Source: Mariniflexile sp. HNIBRBA6329
GTDB lineage: Bacteria > Bacteroidota > Bacteroidia > Flavobacteriales > Flavobacteriaceae
Length of the DNA: 24,000 nt
NCBI RefSeq assembly: GCF_043558645.1
Contig: NZ_JBIFXS010000001.1
Span: 450,763-474,762, forward strand
Direction: 5' to 3'
Shown: piece after piece, positions 18,606-24,000 of the stretch
How positions within the stretch are numbered: the stretch's first letter is position 1
Layout: each line of letters opens with the position of its first letter
Translations under genes and position numbers: made by a program
Notes under the pieces: generated by a model
Database searches by the model: none
Told to the model about the DNA's origin: nothing
What the model saw: only the letters and a program-made list of their open reading frames with translations

Positions 18606-19280
18606 ATGAAACGTTTAATCTTATTAATTACTATTTTAATATCTGGAGCATCTATTGCCCAAAAGTCAATTGAAAAAAATATTGGAGACTTTAAAGAACT
18701 CAAAGTTTATGATTTAATAGAAGTTGAATTGGTAAAATCCAACGAAAACAAAGCCATTATTACAGGAAACAACATACAAGATGTGGTAATAAACAATAAA
18801 AATGGTACCCTTAAAATAAAGATGAATATTGGAAAAATATTTGATGGCAACAATACCAAAGTTATGTTACATTATACGTCTTTAGATATTATTGATGTTA
18901 ATGAAGGTTCTATTGTATCCGGAAAAGATAGTATTAAGCAATTTGAAATAGATTTAAGAGCACAAGAAGGTGGTAGTATAGAAATTCCTTTAGAGGTTAG
19001 TTATGCTATTGTAAAAGCTGTGACAGGTGGAAAAATAAAAACATCTGGTCATTCAAAATCTCAAAAAGTATCACTTTTAACAGGAGGAATATATGATGGA
19101 GAAATGCTTGAAACCGATAAAACAGAAGTATCTATAAATGCAGCTGGTGAAGCGCGAGTAAAAGCATCAAAACAAGTAGATGCAAAAGTACGAGCAGGAG
19201 GTGATATTTATATTTATGGTAAACCAGAAATTATAAATGAAACTACGGTTTTGGGTGGTAGAGTGAAAAAAATGGAATAA
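18606..19280 (+). CDS. Secreted DUF2807-like (head GIN domain) beta-rich protein
   Basis: The protein has the signal peptide MKRLILLITILISGASIAQ. It has repetitive beta-strand pattern with GG-containing turns (VTGGKIKTSG, LTGGIYDGE, AAGEARVKAS, RAGGDIYIYGKP). This family was assigned from memory of similar flavobacterial proteins. Confidence 0.55.
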   Translation: MKRLILLITILISGASIAQKSIEKNIGDFKELKVYDLIEVELVKSNENKAIITGNNIQDVVINNKNGTLKIKMNIGKIFDGNNTKVMLHYTSLDIIDVNEGSIVSGKDSIKQFEIDLRAQEGGSIEIPLEVSYAIVKAVTGGKIKTSGHSKSQKVSLLTGGIYDGEMLETDKTEVSINAAGEARVKASKQVDAKVRAGGDIYIYGKPEIINETTVLGGRVKKME

Positions 19281-19306
19281 TTATTATTATAGCATGTTTT
19301 TAAAAA

Positions 19307-19337
19307 GCAATACTTAGGTGTTGCTTTTTTTGTTTTT
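19307..19337 (+). terminator. Rho-independent terminator after the DUF2807-like gene
   Basis: GCAATAC (19307-19313) pairs with GTGTTGC (19318-19324), with one G:T pair and a TTAG loop. It is followed by TTTTTTTGTTTTT. Confidence 0.7.
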
Positions 19338-19425
19338 GAAAGTATCTATACGATTACCTATACAAAAACAATTTTCTCTTTAAATTTTAGTACTTTAGTA
19401 TTACTATAAATATTTACTTGATTTA

Positions 19426-22239
19426 ATGCCAATTAAACAACTACCAATATTGTTCATATTCTTTTTTTGCACTTTGGTTAATGGGCAAGAGCATCCGCCC
19501 ATACAAACATTTATGCCAAATGAATACGGTGCAGAGAATCAGAATTGGTCCATTTCACAATCTAAAGAAAAGCATATTTATGTAGCTAATAATAAAGGCT
19601 TATTGGTATTTAATGGTGCTAAATGGGTACTATACAACTCACCAAACCAAACCATTGTTAGATCTGTTAATGTTATTGATGAATTAGTTTATACAGGTTG
19701 TTATAGAGAGTTTGGTTTTTGGGAAAAGAATAATTTAGGAATTTTAAATTATACGTCTCTATCATCAAAACTAAAAATATCATTTTTAGAAGATGAAGAA
19801 ATTTGGAACATCATTCATGTTGATGACTTTATTCTGTTTCAATCACTAAAGCGCATTTATGTTTACAACAAAAGAGATGGTACATGTTCTATTATAAGCT
19901 CCAACACGATTCTTTATAAAGTATTTAAAATTAATGAAGGTGTTTATTTTCAAAAAACCAAAGAAGGTGTTTTCGAAATTGTTAATGGTAAAGTACGTTT
20001 AGTAAGCAACCACCCTATTTTAAAAGAAAATTTACTGGTTAATATTTTCAACCATCAAGGTAATTTACTATTTCAAACGGAAGATAATGGATTTTACATT
20101 TTTAAGTATGATACACTTATAAAATGGGATATTTCAGCAAATGAAGTTCTTTTAAAGGATAGAATTTATAGCAGTATTCAATTGAAGGACCATAGTTTTA
20201 TTCTTGGAACTATTTCAAATGGCATTTTACATGTAACTTCAGATGGCGATATTGAACATCACATCAATCAAAATAATGGATTAAGTAATAATACGGTGCT
20301 TTCGGTTTTTGAAGATGGGGATAATAATGTATGGTTAGGTTTAGAAAACGGTATTAATTGTATTAACCTTAGTTCACCATTTACAATTTATAATGGAGAA
20401 AAAGGTAAAATAGGTTCGGTAAATACCTCCATTTTATTCAATAATTATTTATATATAGGAACCAATCAAGGCTTATTTTATAAAGAAATAAATTCTAATA
20501 ATCAATTTAAATTAGTACCAGGTACTCAAGGCGCAGTTTGGTGTTTAACTAGTATAGACAACACACTTTTTTGTGGAAATAATTCTGGAACTTTTATAAT
20601 CAATGGTGAACAGGCACAGTTTATTTCAGACATACAGGGTACATGGAACATAAAAACCATATCAAAAGATGATAAACTACTGCTTCAAGGTAACTATAAT
20701 GGTTTAAATATTCTTGAGAACAAACAAGGACAATGGGTGTTTAGAAATAAAATTGAAGGTTTTGATACTTCCAGTCGCTATTTTGAAATACTTAATGGCA
20801 CAGATGTGTTTGTTAGCCATGAATATAAAGGTGTTTTTAAAGTAAAGTTAGATACTAATTATACAAAAGCTATCTCTGTTTTGAAGGACACTTCAGTGGC
20901 TCAAGGTCTTAAAACAAGCTTAATTAAGTATCATAACCAATTATTATACACACAAAAAGACGGTGTTTTTAAGTATGATGAAATAAAAAACAGGTTTGTA
21001 AAAGATTCAATTTTAAGTGGATTGTTTCTAAAAGAACAATTTACTTCAGGTAAATTAGTATTCATTAAAGAAACCAACACACTTTGGTCTTTTTCGTTAC
21101 ATGATATTAGTTATTTTGCACCTTTTAAACTTAGTAATAGTTATAAAATAAATAAAATCCCATTACCAAGTTCCTTAAGAAATGATGTCTCAGGTTATGA
21201 AAATGTATCGTATATAAACAATAATAAATACCTGTATGGAAATACATTAGGGTATATAATAATAGATTTAGATAAACTTAATAAAAAACCACATAAAGTA
21301 AATGTAGATCTAATTTCTAAAGGTTATTATAAAAATAACAGCTTTAAAACTGAATTTTTAGATCCTTCAACAAAAGGTCTTTTTAAGAATAACGAAAACA
21401 ATTTAGAGTTTAATTTTAGCGTACCAGAATACAATAAATATTTAGAAGCCGAATACCAATATAAGTTAGAAGGCATCTATGATTTTTGGAGCAATTGGTC
21501 AACCCAATCCAATGCATTATTTGAAAATTTACCATTTGGTGAATATACATTTTATGTAAAATCCAGAATAGGTAATGAAGTTTCAGAAAATATAGAAAGC
21601 TATAGCTTTAAAATAGATCCACCTTGGTATTTAACCAAAGTTATGTTTGGAATCTATTTTATTTTGGTGGCATTATTTTCTTTGTTTATGCATACCGCTT
21701 ATAAGCGCTATTATAGAAAGCAACGTGAAAAATTGCTTTACAAAACACAGCGCGATTTAGAATTGAAAGAATTAGAGAATAAGCAACAATTGATGCATTT
21801 TAATAATGAAAATTTAAAACAGGATATTGATAACAAAAACAGAGAGTTGGCTATATCTACTATGAGCTTAATTAAGAAAAATGAATTCTTAAATACCATT
21901 AAGAGTGAACTGCAAAAAGCCCAAGACCAGAAAAGTTTAAAAAGTGTTATAAAAATTATTGATAAAAATTTAAATAATACAGACGATTGGCATGCTTTTG
22001 AAGAAGCCTTTAATAATGCAGATCAAGATTTCCTTAAAAAGATAAAATCTGAACACCCTTCACTTACTTCTAACGATTTAAGACTTTGCGCCTACCTTCG
22101 TTTAAATCTTTCTTCAAAAGAAATTGCACCACTACTTAATATTTCATCTAGAAGTGTAGAGGTAAAACGCTATAGATTGCGAAAAAAAATGGATTTACCC
22201 CATGAATCGAGTTTAACAGATTATATTTTAGAAATCTAA
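19426..22239 (+). CDS. Membrane-anchored sensor-regulator: periplasmic beta-propeller repeats + Y_Y_Y domain + TM helix + coiled coil + LuxR/GerE-type HTH
   Basis: The 937-aa protein has a signal peptide and repeated propeller-like segments (NNVWLGLENGINCI, YIGTNQGLFY). The triple-tyrosine region is EYQYKLEGIYDFWSNWSTQSNALFENLPFGEYTFYVKS (about 21390-21620). The TM helix is VMFGIYFILVALFSLFMH (about 21639-21695). The C-terminal HTH is LTSNDLRLCAYLRLNLSSKEIAPLLNISSRSVEVKRYRLRKKM. No histidine-kinase or receiver motifs are present. Confidence 0.85.
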   Translation: MPIKQLPILFIFFFCTLVNGQEHPPIQTFMPNEYGAENQNWSISQSKEKHIYVANNKGLLVFNGAKWVLYNSPNQTIVRSVNVIDELVYTGCYREFGFWEKNNLGILNYTSLSSKLKISFLEDEEIWNIIHVDDFILFQSLKRIYVYNKRDGTCSIISSNTILYKVFKINEGVYFQKTKEGVFEIVNGKVRLVSNHPILKENLLVNIFNHQGNLLFQTEDNGFYIFKYDTLIKWDISANEVLLKDRIYSSIQLKDHSFILGTISNGILHVTSDGDIEHHINQNNGLSNNTVLSVFEDGDNNVWLGLENGINCINLSSPFTIYNGEKGKIGSVNTSILFNNYLYIGTNQGLFYKEINSNNQFKLVPGTQGAVWCLTSIDNTLFCGNNSGTFIINGEQAQFISDIQGTWNIKTISKDDKLLLQGNYNGLNILENKQGQWVFRNKIEGFDTSSRYFEILNGTDVFVSHEYKGVFKVKLDTNYTKAISVLKDTSVAQGLKTSLIKYHNQLLYTQKDGVFKYDEIKNRFVKDSILSGLFLKEQFTSGKLVFIKETNTLWSFSLHDISYFAPFKLSNSYKINKIPLPSSLRNDVSGYENVSYINNNKYLYGNTLGYIIIDLDKLNKKPHKVNVDLISKGYYKNNSFKTEFLDPSTKGLFKNNENNLEFNFSVPEYNKYLEAEYQYKLEGIYDFWSNWSTQSNALFENLPFGEYTFYVKSRIGNEVSENIESYSFKIDPPWYLTKVMFGIYFILVALFSLFMHTAYKRYYRKQREKLLYKTQRDLELKELENKQQLMHFNNENLKQDIDNKNRELAISTMSLIKKNEFLNTIKSELQKAQDQKSLKSVIKIIDKNLNNTDDWHAFEEAFNNADQDFLKKIKSEHPSLTSNDLRLCAYLRLNLSSKEIAPLLNISSRSVEVKRYRLRKKMDLPHESSLTDYILEI

Positions 22240-22470
22240 CTACACTACAACACTTCATTTTACCTATACAACACCACAACATTGAGGCTTTTTCGTTGTA
22301 TGTTATTTTAAATTATAAAGTGAATTACATATTAAATCCGCTATGAATTTAAGATTATCATAAATAAAAGCAGTTTTTTTTGAATTGTATGTTTTTTGTA
22401 TAGGCTTAATATTAGAATTCAATAATATATATAGCTAGTTTTACTTAAACTAAAATTAAACTAAATTAAT

Positions 22471-24000
22471 ATGAGACAAACCTTTTTTAAAATTCTTTGC
22501 TTTTTCTTTTTTGCATACTCAGGTGCGCAAAATTTTGATATTAGCGGAACTGTCCAAGACAATACAGGATTTCCAATTGCTGGAGTTAATGTACTTGTTA
22601 AAAGCACTACTAAAGGAGCTGTAACCGATTTTGATGGTAATTTTACAATTACTGATGTAAAAAAAGGATCTACGCTCACATTCAGTTACATTGGTTATGT
22701 AACTAAAGAAATAGTTGTGACAAATAGTACGAAGTTATCTATTCAACTTGAAGAAGATTTAGCAAAACTGGATGAAATAGTTGTTATAGGTTATGGTACA
22801 CAAACTAAAAAAGAAATTACAGGAGCAGTAAGCGTTGTTGGCGCAGAAACTATCGATGCACTTAAGCCAACACGTATAGAACAAGCTTTACAAGGTCAAG
22901 TAGCAGGGGTTAATATTACCACACAATCTGGTACTCCTGGTGGTGGTTCTACAATTAGTATTAGAGGTGTTTCTACCAATGGAGATAGCCGCCCTTTAAT
23001 ATTGGTGGATGGCAATGTTATTGAAGACCTTAGTGTTATTAACCCAAACGACATTGAAAGCATGAACATACTTAAAGATGCCACTGCAGGTATCTATGGG
23101 GTTAGGGCTGCTAATGGGGTTATACTTATTACGACTAAAACTGGACGTAAACAGATGCCATTAACAGTTGAGTATAACGCATACGGAGGTTTCCAGCAAA
23201 CCACTCGAAAAATACCTGTTTTAAACGCTACCGAATATGCCTTATTGGCTAATGAAGCATCAGTTGCTGGAGGGGGGGCATTACTATACACAGATGTTTC
23301 TTCATTAGGTGCAGGAACCGATTGGCAAGACCAAGTTTTTAAAAATGCGTTTATTATGAATCATAATATACTTTTTAAAGGTGGTGGTAAAAAATCTTCT
23401 TATTCTTATAGTGGGTCTTTTTTAACGCAAGATGGTATTGTAGGAGGAGCTGATTCAAATTTCACACGTTTTACAAATAATGCCAGTTATAATTTAGATT
23501 TTTTTGAAAATTTTAAATTCACATCAGGGCTTACTTTAATGCGCACCAATAAAAATAATCTTCCAGAAAACTCTAATGCTTCGGTGCTTTTTAATGCCTT
23601 AAATATGGCACCTACTTTTTCTATAATAGATGAAAACGGCAATTACACAAAAGCAGAAGGTTTAGGCGCGGAAGTTATTAACCCATTAGCTCAAATAGAT
23701 GATACCTATGATAGAGGTAAGGTTCTGAAACTAAGTGGAAATGCAGGATTATCATACAACTTCTTAGATCATTTTACAGCACAATCCAATATACAGTTTA
23801 ATTACGCTGAGGTAAGTTCCCATGTTTTTAACCCTATTGCAAATTTTGGTAGCGGAAAAGTTTTTAATGTGGATAGAAGTAGTGTATTTGAAGGTTTAAA
23901 TTACTTCAGAGATTATACGTTTGACGCTTTTGTTAAATATGAAAATAAAATTAACGACATTCATAATATCAATGTGCTTTTAGGAACATCCGTTTTTAAA
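22471..24000 (+). CDS. SusC/RagA-type TonB-dependent outer-membrane receptor, N-terminal 510 codons (3' end beyond the window)
   Basis: This ORF is not in the supplied track. Frame 1 is open from ATG 22471 to the window end with no stop when translated by hand. The signal peptide is MRQTFFKILCFFFFAYSGAQ and the carboxypeptidase-regulatory-like domain is ISGTVQDNTGFPIAGVNVLVKSTTKGAVTDFDGNFTI. The TonB-box region is LDEIVVIGYGTQTKKEITGAV and the plug motifs are ISIRGVSTNGDSRPLILVDGNVIEDLSVINPNDIESMNILKDATAGIYGVRAANGVILITTK. Confidence 0.9.
   Translation, partial: MRQTFFKILCFFFFAYSGAQNFDISGTVQDNTGFPIAGVNVLVKSTTKGAVTDFDGNFTITDVKKGSTLTFSYIGYVTKEIVVTNSTKLSIQLEEDLAKLDEIVVIGYGTQTKKEITGAVSVVGAETIDALKPTRIEQALQGQVAGVNITTQSGTPGGGSTISIRGVSTNGDSRPLILVDGNVIEDLSVINPNDIESMNILKDATAGIYGVRAANGVILITTKTGRKQMPLTVEYNAYGGFQQTTRKIPVLNATEYALLANEASVAGGGALLYTDVSSLGAGTDWQDQVFKNAFIMNHNILFKGGGKKSSYSYSGSFLTQDGIVGGADSNFTRFTNNASYNLDFFENFKFTSGLTLMRTNKNNLPENSNASVLFNALNMAPTFSIIDENGNYTKAEGLGAEVINPLAQIDDTYDRGKVLKLSGNAGLSYNFLDHFTAQSNIQFNYAEVSSHVFNPIANFGSGKVFNVDRSSVFEGLNYFRDYTFDAFVKYENKINDIHNINVLLGTSVFK

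Noticed and set aside
22461-23291. Three minus-strand ORFs (22461..22679, 22896..23084, 23094..23291), the only track entries in this region
   Set aside because: All are antisense shadows of the long, motif-rich SusC-type ORF on the plus strand (22471 to the window end). That ORF is missing from the track only because it has no stop codon in the window.

Overview
This is an AT-rich chromosomal segment that looks like a Flavobacteriia (Bacteroidota) core genome. The calls rest on protein motifs read by eye, lipoprotein and signal-peptide N-termini, Bacteroidota-style TAnnTTTG boxes and a SusC-type receptor. No searches or computations were run.

Gene content, left to right:
- The 3' end of an S8 subtilisin-like peptidase, then an M1 (HEXXH-X18-E) lipoprotein peptidase and a small secreted hypothetical protein.
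- A complete thiamine biosynthesis operon, thiS-thiC-(thiE/tenI-like)-thiD-thiE-thiG-thiH-thiF, preceded by a clear TPP riboswitch with a terminator hairpin.
- rnpA, an S41 C-terminal processing peptidase and a tandem-OmpA-domain protein.
- On the minus strand: an ElaA-like GNAT, a CDF metal exporter and rpiB.
- A roughly 625-bp extremely AT-rich gap.
- RNase R (rnr) and a DUF2807-like secreted protein.
- A membrane-anchored Y_Y_Y/LuxR-HTH sensor-regulator followed by the 5' part of a SusC-type TonB-dependent receptor. The receptor is absent from the supplied ORF track because it runs off the window. Together these two probably mark the start of a polysaccharide utilisation locus.

I see no CRISPR array, transposase, integrase, phage gene, tRNA/rRNA or recognisable defence system, so I cannot support a novel multi-gene system here.

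The most unusual observations are:
- A 20-nt GAAA-loop palindromic repeat sits in-frame inside rnr, with a near-identical copy at the stop codon of the CDF gene.
- A degenerate ThiE paralogue lies inside the thi operon.
- The long AT-rich gap carries one perfect DnaA box and several GTTAA-type palindromes.
- The Y_Y_Y-LuxR one-component regulator has repeated TTGTATGTT motifs in the susC promoter region.
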